From NCBI GenBank assembly GCA_037447435.1, contig JBBIGR010000002.1, positions 96,001 to 160,000 of the forward strand: a stretch of 64,000 nucleotides of DNA. The letters run 5' to 3'. Shown one piece after another: positions 29,007 to 37,578 of the stretch. The notes under the pieces were generated by a model. It saw only the letters and a program-made list of their open reading frames with translations, did not search any database and was not told where the DNA came from. The stretch's first letter is position 1. Every line of letters starts with the position of its first letter. A program made the position numbers and the translations under genes. The stretch is from Fibrobacteria bacterium. GTDB lineage: Bacteria > Fibrobacterota > Chitinivibrionia > Chitinivibrionales > FEN-1185.

Positions 29007-29444
29007 TTACTTAGCAGGTGCCGCCGGAGCCGGAGCAACAGGCAACGGAGCCTGAGTTCCTTGACCTTGCGGTAAGCCTGCCGGAGCAGCGCCGTTCTGC
29101 GCACCCATCGGCAACTGTTGGCTGCCGGAAAGGGCCGATGCCGGCGAAAATTGACCTTGTTTTTCTGCACGTTCTTTTAATGCCGATTTGCCCTGTTTTC
29201 CCGACGGATGCGATAAAAACACGGATAAAATCAAACACAAACCAAGAAACACGGATGCAAAAATAGTTGTTGCCCGCGTTAATATGTTTGCAGTATCTTG
29301 CGAACCGAGCAAATTACTTGCAGAGGCAAAACCGCCGCCGATTGCTCCGGATATACCGCCGCCCTTATCGGATTGAATAAGGATAAGCAGGCACAGGAAA
29401 ATGCAAACAATGACAAAAATGAACAGCAGAATTCCAAAAATCAT
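29007..29444 (-). CDS. secG: Preprotein translocase subunit SecG
   Basis: ILIQ.DKGGG...G...L.RAT; located between tpiA and tRNA-Leu. Confidence 0.93.
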   Translation of the reverse strand: MIFGILLFIFVIVCIFLCLLILIQSDKGGGISGAIGGGFASASNLLGSQDTANILTRATTIFASVFLGLCLILSVFLSHPSGKQGKSALKERAEKQGQFSPASALSGSQQLPMGAQNGAAPAGLPQGQGTQAPLPVAPAPAAPAK

Positions 29445-29498
29445 ACATTCACCAACCTTGAAAGGTTATAATATCACTACGTTATACGCTATAAAATA

Positions 29499-30254
29499 TT
29501 ACTTCGGCTTAACAATGCCAAAGAAATCATCAGCTTTTAATGCTGCACCGCCAATGAGACCGCCATCGACATCACTTAAGGCTAAAAGCGATTTTGCATT
29601 GTCCGGCTTCATGCTTCCGCCGTATTGGATGCGCATTGCAGCGGCAGTATCGGTGTCGTACATGCCGACGACCTGTTTACGGATGAAACCATGCATTTCG
29701 TTTGCCTGCTCCGGAGTGGCAGTCTCACCCGTGCCGATTGCCCAGACAGGTTCATACGCGATGGTGCATTTGAGAGCGTCTTCTTTGGAAATACCGACGA
29801 ATGCGCCTTTGGTTTGGGATTCGATAACCGAGAAAAGTTTTCCGGTTTTACGTTCATCAAGAGTTTCACCGACGCAAACGATGGGAAGAAGGCCCGCCGC
29901 AAGCGTCGCTTTGATCTTTTTATTAACGGTTTCATTTGTTTCATGGAAATACTGGCGCTGTTCGGAGTGTCCGATAATAACGTATTGAACGCCGACGCTT
30001 TTAAGCATTGCACAGCTGACTTTGCCGGTATATGCGCCTTTTGCTTCCCAATGCACATCCTGAGCGCCAAGCTTAACATTGGAACCTTTAAGAACATCAG
30101 CAACTGCTTTGAGGCTGATATAGGGAGGGCATACTGCAACGTCCACATCGGAAACAGTTCCCATTTTCTCGACAACAGCTTTTGCAAGCGCAACTGCTTC
30201 GTCCACTGTCGTATTCATTTTCCAGTTACCGGCGATAAACTTTTTACGTGCCAT
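29499..30254 (-). CDS. tpiA: Triosephosphate isomerase
   Basis: AGNWKMN, GHSE, AYEPVWAIGTG, YGGS. Confidence 0.98.
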   Translation of the reverse strand: MARKKFIAGNWKMNTTVDEAVALAKAVVEKMGTVSDVDVAVCPPYISLKAVADVLKGSNVKLGAQDVHWEAKGAYTGKVSCAMLKSVGVQYVIIGHSEQRQYFHETNETVNKKIKATLAAGLLPIVCVGETLDERKTGKLFSVIESQTKGAFVGISKEDALKCTIAYEPVWAIGTGETATPEQANEMHGFIRKQVVGMYDTDTAAAMRIQYGGSMKPDNAKSLLALSDVDGGLIGGAALKADDFFGIVKPK

Positions 30255-30333
30255 TATTGTATCTCCTTAAAATCGTATCGAGTTATAAGCTTTCCCGGGT
30301 TCTTGGGCAAAGCCTGTACAAAATATGTTATGT

Positions 30334-31602
30334 TCACTTATTGTTCAAAGCTTTTACGCCGGGAAGTTCTTTTCCTTCCACAAGCTCAAGCGACGCGCCG
30401 CCGCCGGTCGATATATGCGACATCTTCGATGCGACGCCGGCTTTGTTGACAGCCGAGACCGAATCTCCGCCGCCGATAACCGTCGTTGCGCCGACAAGAG
30501 TTGCTAGCGTATTGGCGATGACTTTTGTCCCTTCGCTGAATTTGGCAAATTCAAACACGCCCATGGGGCCGTTCCAGAACACCGTCTTGGAACCGGCAAG
30601 CGCGGCCTTGAACTTTTCAATCGACTTAGGACCAATGTCCATTCCCATCCAACCGTCGTCGATGCCCTCCGAAGCTGTTGCTTTCGAGGCTGCTTCCGCG
30701 GCAAATTCCTGCGTAACGATATGGTCGACGGGCAAAAGGATTTCAACTTTTTTCTCTGCGGCTTTGGCCATGACCGTTTTTGCGGTTTCGAGCATATCGT
30801 CCTCGATGAGCGATTTACCGACATTAAAGCCTTTTGCTTTTAAAAACGTGTATGCCATGCCGCCGCCGATGATGATTTTATCTACTTTGCCAAGTAAACT
30901 TTCGAGTACGGCGATTTTTGAGGAAACCTTGGCGCCGCCAATGACGGCAACAAAAGGTTTCACCGGGCTTTTAACGATTTTCTCCTGTAAAAACTCGAGT
31001 TCTTTTTCCATAAGGAAACCTGCTACCGCAGGCAGATAATGCGCAACGGTTTCCGTGGAAGCGTGAGCGCGATGGGCGGTCCCGAATGCGTCGTTGACAT
31101 ATACGTCCCCGTATGAGGCAAGGGCCTTTGCCAAGACATTTCGTTCCGTTTCGTCTTTGGAAGTTTCTTCTTTATGGAAACGCGTGTTTTCAAGAATGCA
31201 AATGCCGCCTTTGGGCAGACCTTTTACCATGGCTTCCGTTTCAGCTCCCATGCACGACGGAGCGAGTTTCACTTCTTTTCCAAGAAGTTTTGCAAGATGC
31301 GCGGCAATGGGCGCCATTTTATGTTTTCCGTCCGAAAATTTCTTTTCGTCAAACGGTTTTCCGTCTTTTTCAGCTTTTTCCTTGGCTTTTTTAATGTCTT
31401 TTTTCGGGTCCCCGACATGGGACATAAGGACGAGACTCCGGCACCCCTTTTCAAGAACATATTTAATGGAAGGAAGCGCTGCCTGAATACGGGTATCGTC
31501 TTGAATGACCCCATCTTTTAAAGGAACATTGAAGTCGACACGCATGAGAACGCGCTTACCGGTAACGTCTATGTCGCGAATTGTTTTCTTTGATATTGCC
31601 AT
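30334..31602 (-). CDS. pgk: Phosphoglycerate kinase
   Basis: RVDFNVP, NDAFGTAHRAHAS, GGAKV, WNGPMG, STGGGASLE. Confidence 0.98.
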   Translation of the reverse strand: MAISKKTIRDIDVTGKRVLMRVDFNVPLKDGVIQDDTRIQAALPSIKYVLEKGCRSLVLMSHVGDPKKDIKKAKEKAEKDGKPFDEKKFSDGKHKMAPIAAHLAKLLGKEVKLAPSCMGAETEAMVKGLPKGGICILENTRFHKEETSKDETERNVLAKALASYGDVYVNDAFGTAHRAHASTETVAHYLPAVAGFLMEKELEFLQEKIVKSPVKPFVAVIGGAKVSSKIAVLESLLGKVDKIIIGGGMAYTFLKAKGFNVGKSLIEDDMLETAKTVMAKAAEKKVEILLPVDHIVTQEFAAEAASKATASEGIDDGWMGMDIGPKSIEKFKAALAGSKTVFWNGPMGVFEFAKFSEGTKVIANTLATLVGATTVIGGGDSVSAVNKAGVASKMSHISTGGGASLELVEGKELPGVKALNNK

Positions 31603-31685
31603 TGTGTCCTCCGACCATGATTTTTCTGAATCGTTTACAGAATCATCGTGATTAAAGAAATGTGTTTTTTATTTTATCAAGATAA

Positions 31686-31714
31686 GGCCGGGGACGGAAA
31701 TTCCGTCTCCGGCC
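31686..31714 (-). terminator. Hairpin after gap (partial terminator or mRNA stabiliser)
   Basis: GGCCGGGGACGGAA-a-TTCCGTCTCCGGCC. Confidence 0.65.
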
Positions 31715-31744
31715 TTCATTACTGTAAGTATAGTTACAAAAGAA

Positions 31745-32782
<1,038 letters not shown>

Positions 32783-33014
32783 CTATTCATTAGTAAACAT
32801 TTGTACGTTTATTTGAAGTATCTTCATTTTTGCACGGATACTCTATAAAAATAAACTTATCCTCCGCGAAGCTTGGGATTAGTATCTTTATATAGATCCA
32901 AATAAGACTTGAAAATATACGTCTGCTGCAAAAAGCAGTCAAGAGTTTCACCGAAATCATAAAACAACAATGTGAAAAAATTACCAGTTCAAATTATCCA
33001 GCGAGGTCCCATCC

Positions 33015-33836
33015 ATGATAAAAGCCCAATACCCTTTTTCTCCAAATAAATCCGGCAGTGGTCCGTTATTTTTTATTGCCGGCCCCTGTGTGATAGAATC
33101 GGAACGTTTATGTCTGGATATTGCCGAAACACTGGCAAAGGTCTCAATAAAAGAAAATGTCACGATTATTTTCAAGGCTTCCTACGACAAGGCCAATCGT
33201 ACTTCGGCCTCATCCTTTCGGGGTCTTGGCATGAAAAAGGGGCTTTCCATTCTGGGAAAAGTAAAAAAGCAATTCGGATTGCCCATAGTCACCGACATCC
33301 ACACCCCGGACCAAGCAGCCCAGGTCGCCGCAATCGCCGACGTTCTGCAAATACCCGCATTTTTATGCCGACAAACCGATCTACTGACGGCTGCAAAAAA
33401 AACCGGCAAAATCGTGAATGTGAAAAAAGGACAATTCGTCGCACCCGGCGACATGAAATACTCTCTTGACAAGGCCGGCAAAAAATCGTGGATTACCGAA
33501 CGCGGAACTTTTTTCGGCTACAACAGATTGGTTGTTGATTTTGCCGGGATCCCGATTTTAAAAAGCTTCGGAGTCCCGGTTATTTTCGACGCTACCCATA
33601 GCGTCCAAATGCCCAGTGCGGGAAACGGCGTGTCCGGCGGTAATCGCGACCTGGCGATACCGCTTGCGCAAGCAGCGGTCTGCGCAGGGGTAAACGGACT
33701 TTTTTTCGAAATACATCCGACACCCGACAAAGCCCTTTGCGACGGCCCCAACAGCATTTCGGTGAAAGATTTTGTAAAGAATGTTCCGAGAATGCTGGAA
33801 TTGCATGATAAGGTAACGGGGTGGCGAGCCGATTGA
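33015..33836 (+). CDS. kdsA: KDO 8-phosphate synthase
   Basis: AGPCVIES, KASYDKANRTS, QIPAFLCRQTDL, DATHSVQ, CDG. Confidence 0.96.
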   Translation: MIKAQYPFSPNKSGSGPLFFIAGPCVIESERLCLDIAETLAKVSIKENVTIIFKASYDKANRTSASSFRGLGMKKGLSILGKVKKQFGLPIVTDIHTPDQAAQVAAIADVLQIPAFLCRQTDLLTAAKKTGKIVNVKKGQFVAPGDMKYSLDKAGKKSWITERGTFFGYNRLVVDFAGIPILKSFGVPVIFDATHSVQMPSAGNGVSGGNRDLAIPLAQAAVCAGVNGLFFEIHPTPDKALCDGPNSISVKDFVKNVPRMLELHDKVTGWRAD

Positions 33837-33888
33837 GGCCCTTTCGAAGGCCGAAATTAAAAATACCCGTCCGGCAATATCCAAAAGA

Positions 33889-34120
33889 TGTTCGGCATTA
33901 ATTAAAAATAGTGCAGAAGACCCAAAAAGATGTTCAGGAAAGCATAAAAATAGTGCAGAAGAGTAAAAAAGTAATGCAGCTACCGTTTTTCTTAAAATTT
34001 TTGTGTGTTCTGTACATAAAATAGCACTTCTTGGTGTGTTTCTTACTTTGCGTTAGGTCAAATTGCCTTTTCTGCACTATTTTTTTGGATTTCTGCACTA
34101 TTTTTACCCTCATCCGAACA
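33889..34120. repeat. 232-bp non-coding element with imperfect TG...CA terminal inverted repeats and 21-bp-phased subrepeats (MITE-like)
   Basis: AAAAATAGTGCAGAA at 33904 and 33946; its reverse complement at 34070 and 34091; TGTTCGG...CCGAACA ends. Confidence 0.6.
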
Positions 34121-34122
34121 TT

Positions 34123-34183
34123 CTATCTACCGTGCTCCCGGTCTATCTTATCCAGATCGGCAAGGCGTTTCTTTGCAAACGCG
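34123..34183 (-). repeat. Orphan copy 1 of the Ser/Thr kinase 3' end (AFAKKRLADLDKIDREHGR*)
   Basis: Direct repeat of the kinase 3' end starting at 35926, with mostly synonymous changes. Confidence 0.92.
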
Positions 34184-34218
34184 ATTGCCGGCATAAATAT
34201 TTTTCTAAGTTGGGTGGC

Positions 34219-34407
34219 TTATAAAACAAATTGCTTATCCTTTAATCTCGGAAAGGGAGTATTGACTTTTTCGACACCAATTTCCTCTAAAAAATTCAAA
34301 TATTCCTCTAAATCCGGTTTGGCAATCTTTTTTTTATCAATTTTCGCAATTTGGTCAATAAACGCCTTCTCCAACTTGTCCCATTTTAAATCAAGATCAT
34401 TTTCCAT
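34219..34407 (-). CDS. 62-aa hypothetical protein, partner of the upstream nucleotidyltransferase
   Basis: ATG 34407 overlaps the upstream gene end; EEYLNFLEE..FVL tail. Confidence 0.65.
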   Translation of the reverse strand: MENDLDLKWDKLEKAFIDQIAKIDKKKIAKPDLEEYLNFLEEIGVEKVNTPFPRLKDKQFVL

Positions 34408-34936
34408 TTCCGGATTCCTCTGAGATTTCGTTGTAATACGATTCCATTCCGAATTTTTTGAAATATTCCGCAACCTTCTGTTTATCGTATTTCGCATGAT
34501 TAAGAATTTCTTTTATATCTGCAAAATCCTTAAATTTTCTTTCCGGATTATTTTTAACAGCAAACAACTTCATTGCAATTAAATGTTCGGGGCTGACTAC
34601 GGGCAATTCAAGACCTTGAAAAACCTGCCTTTTTTCAATTGATCCCAATATCGAATCAGCTGTCGCGCCGTCCACATACATAATATCAACCCTGACTGAA
34701 CCAAGAGGATGCAGAAAGTTAGAAAAAGATTCTGAACTGAAAACAGTCTCAAAACCAAGTGATGTAAGGTAGGAAGTTATTTTATCGCGATTTTCAACTC
34801 TGGTAACAAAATCTACATCCCTGGTGGCTCTTATATATCCATAGGAAAAAAGTGCGAATGCCCCGATAATGCCATATTCAATTTTTTCACGAAGGAAAAA
34901 CCCCGTAAGTATTTCGATAATGGATTTCAAGCTCAT
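34397..34936 (-). CDS. DNA polymerase beta-like nucleotidyltransferase (DUF6036/AbiEii-like)
   Basis: IGAFAL..YG..RATRDVDF, V.SPEHLIAMK, R..KD..DI; start 34936 or 34948. Confidence 0.85.
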   Translation of the reverse strand: MSLKSIIEILTGFFLREKIEYGIIGAFALFSYGYIRATRDVDFVTRVENRDKITSYLTSLGFETVFSSESFSNFLHPLGSVRVDIMYVDGATADSILGSIEKRQVFQGLELPVVSPEHLIAMKLFAVKNNPERKFKDFADIKEILNHAKYDKQKVAEYFKKFGMESYYNEISEESGNGK

Positions 34937-34993
34937 ATTTATTTCCATTTTCAAAAACAAATTACTTGTCTTGCTTTCGCCTGCAAGACCCCA

Positions 34994-35059
34994 TCACCGT
35001 CCGTGCTCCCGGTCTATCTTATCCAGGTCGGCCAGGCGTTTTTTTGCAAACGCGCATTC
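34994..35059 (-). repeat. Orphan copy 2 of the Ser/Thr kinase 3' end (ECAFAKKRLADLDKIDREHGR*)
   Basis: Direct repeat of 35926..35991; preceded by an in-frame TAA. Confidence 0.92.
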
Positions 35060-35092
35060 TTAGGAACCGTGCGATGATTCGACAGTTTCTAA

Positions 35093-35572
35093 TTACAATT
35101 CTTTAACTTTGGCCTGATCGAGGAACCTTAGAACATTTTTCTTGAATCGTCCAACAACATCATCCGCCAAGCATAAAGTCCCAATCACTGTTTCCTTGTC
35201 AAAAGTAACGGCATAACCATGGGCAACAATATGCCTGAATTTTCGAAGCATTGTTAAGAGTGGAAAAAGATTAGCATCTGCAAGTATTGGTAAGCTGGGA
35301 TCGTGACCATCACTATCATTAAACATGCCTATCAGTTCAGCATGCCAAAACGATCCTGAGGGCAAAGACGCATCACAATATTTAGTAACCCGTTTCAGAA
35401 TATTTTCGACACCATTATAGCACTGAGCAAGATAGGTTGCGCCCGCAGTAATATCCGAACGCGAGACAATAGCATTTTTTTCGTTCTCAAGAATGAGCCG
35501 GATCTCTTCCAGCGTTTCATCCATTCTGGCAAATTCAATTGCAATATCTTCGGATAGATCATCTAATGTCAT
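35093..35572 (-). CDS. HEPN-domain RNase toxin (HepT-like)
   Basis: YNGVENI, WH.EL, FRHIVAH (Rx4H) motif. Confidence 0.88.
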   Translation of the reverse strand: MTLDDLSEDIAIEFARMDETLEEIRLILENEKNAIVSRSDITAGATYLAQCYNGVENILKRVTKYCDASLPSGSFWHAELIGMFNDSDGHDPSLPILADANLFPLLTMLRKFRHIVAHGYAVTFDKETVIGTLCLADDVVGRFKKNVLRFLDQAKVKEL

Positions 35573-35834
35573 ATATCATCCTGCCTCGACGTTCGTTGAC
35601 TTCCACAAATCTTGTTCGAGGCAAGCCCGGCACAACGTCTACAGATGCATGCGCTTCATGTTCCATCATTCCCGCCATTTCAAAGAAAGAAGGGCCCACC
35701 ACTCCTTCACAAAGCAAGTCTATGTCCCGTGCATTCTCCGGGTCGGTTACTGCACTGCCAAAAAGCACGAGTTTTCTTGCCCCATAGCGACGGGCAATTT
35801 CCACACATTTGTTTATTTGTTCACTTGTAACCAT
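35559..35834 (-). CDS. Minimal nucleotidyltransferase antitoxin (MntA-like)
   Basis: LFGS...DIDL...VDVV; 91 aa; overlaps the HEPN gene start. Confidence 0.88.
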   Translation of the reverse strand: MVTSEQINKCVEIARRYGARKLVLFGSAVTDPENARDIDLLCEGVVGPSFFEMAGMMEHEAHASVDVVPGLPRTRFVEVNERRGRMIYDIR

Positions 35835-35925
35835 GAATACTCCTTATCCGTTGCTTTGCAACTGGATAGGTTTAGCTGTGATCATATATGTGCGTGCACT
35901 TCGATATTTTTTATATAGTTATTAA

Positions 35926-37578
35926 TCACCTTCCATGCTCGCGATCCAGTTTATCCAGATCGGCAAGGCGTTTCTTTGCAAACGCGCATTCTTCCGACGA
36001 ATGCGTCGAACAATCGGCAAATTCAAGGTAATAATTCCACGCCTTGACCGCGTCCATGAGCAGGGCCTGGCCATAATTGTCCATGGCGGCTTTTTTATCG
36101 AGCGTCGAGGCATGATAGAACAAAATTTCTTTTTTAAAATCCGCGTTCAATTGCATGACCGAGCCGGTCTGCGACGACAAAGACGCTTCGAGCCGGTCTT
36201 TCGCCTCGTCGAACATACCGAGACGGAAATATGCCTGGCCTAAATACGCGTCTATTGCCGGATCCGAATAGCTGCGACGAAGATGCTCCAATATCTTCCG
36301 CGCTTTGTCGTATTGGCGGTCGCGCTTGAGCAGCAGTGTGGCCAATCGGATTTGCGCCTCGAGGTATTCGTTTGCCAAACCGCCCTTTTCCATCGACGGC
36401 ACCATCTGGTACATCTGCATCGCTTCCGACCATCTGCCGTCGTGTTCGAGCGTTTTTCCCCGCTCGAGGACCGGGATATTGACGCCTTGCGAAAGCCTCG
36501 GGACCCCCGCATCGAGAAACATGGTCCGCCACAATGCCGTTGCCGACATTAAAAGCGCCGCAAGGGAAACGATAAAAGCGATAAGCCCGAAATTCCGCTT
36601 AAAGGAAAACGGTACCTTCAGTTTTTTGCCGATCCCCCAGGCAGAATACGATTGAATGCATATCTGCAAGTCTTCAAGGATTTCTTTTTCCGATTTGGGA
36701 CGGTGATCCGGACTTTTCGACAGGAGCTTGTCGATGATCTCTTCGGTGAGCGCCGATATGGCCGGTCTGATTTTCTTTATTTTGGTGTATTTGCATTCGT
36801 TGATTTTCTGTATGAGGCCGGTCAGGTTTTCGCCCACGAAAGGCTTTTGATTTGTAAACAATTCATACATAACGATGCCGAGCGAAAAGAAATCGCTCCG
36901 CACATCCAGATTTCCGCCGGCCAATTGTTCCGGCGACATATAATGGAATGTGCCCACGATCATGCCCTGCATGGTATTAGAGGTGATATTCAGGGGCTTT
37001 GCCGCGCCGAAATCCATCAATTTGACGAGTTTACCGGATGTGATCATGATGTTTTCGGGCTTGATGTCGCGATGCAGTATTCCGTGTATGACCTCGCCGC
37101 TCGGGCCCGAGATTTCCACGTTATGCGCATACTGCAACGCCTTGGTCACCTGCGACGCGATGGAAAGAATGTCCCGTTCCGAAATTTTCGGATTGGAAAT
37201 CATATATTCGCGCAACGTCTGACCGCTGATGTATTCCATTTCCATGTAGAAATAACCGTTGACTTCGCCGGTATCGAACACCCGTAAAATATTGGGATGA
37301 TCAAGGCGGGCCGTGAGCTGGGCTTCCTGCCGGAAACGGATGAAGAAATCCTCTTCGTCCATGAGCGACGGTTTCAGAATCTTAATGACCCGATCGAGAT
37401 CAAACGGAATATTATGCGCTTTGTAAATGAACGCCGTGCCGCCTTCGTTGATCTTTTCTATGATCTGACAATTACCAATTGTTTTGCCGATGAAGGGATC
37501 CTGTTGATGGGCAATCGGCGACGTATCGACAATGAGTTCGTCGCCGGCATACCCGGATATCCTCGTATGCGACATCAC
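35926..37578 (-). CDS. Hanks-type Ser/Thr protein kinase with TM helix and TPR-like extracytoplasmic domain
   Basis: HRDIKPEN, DFG, GT..YMSPEQ, D.FSLG; TM FGLIAFIVSLAALLM. Confidence 0.95.
   Translation of the reverse strand: MMSHTRISGYAGDELIVDTSPIAHQQDPFIGKTIGNCQIIEKINEGGTAFIYKAHNIPFDLDRVIKILKPSLMDEEDFFIRFRQEAQLTARLDHPNILRVFDTGEVNGYFYMEMEYISGQTLREYMISNPKISERDILSIASQVTKALQYAHNVEISGPSGEVIHGILHRDIKPENIMITSGKLVKLMDFGAAKPLNITSNTMQGMIVGTFHYMSPEQLAGGNLDVRSDFFSLGIVMYELFTNQKPFVGENLTGLIQKINECKYTKIKKIRPAISALTEEIIDKLLSKSPDHRPKSEKEILEDLQICIQSYSAWGIGKKLKVPFSFKRNFGLIAFIVSLAALLMSATALWRTMFLDAGVPRLSQGVNIPVLERGKTLEHDGRWSEAMQMYQMVPSMEKGGLANEYLEAQIRLATLLLKRDRQYDKARKILEHLRRSYSDPAIDAYLGQAYFRLGMFDEAKDRLEASLSSQTGSVMQLNADFKKEILFYHASTLDKKAAMDNYGQALLMDAVKAWNYYLEFADCSTHSSEECAFAKKRLADLDKLDREHGR

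Noticed and set aside
33881..34122. Possible CRISPR array from the repeated AAAAATAGTGCAGAA
   Set aside because: Only two direct and two inverted copies, no unique spacers of consistent length, and no cas genes
34123..35991. Diversity-generating retroelement TR/VR pair or integron attC sites
   Set aside because: Differences are synonymous and not adenine-specific; no reverse transcriptase or IntI; the repeats lack attC palindromic structure
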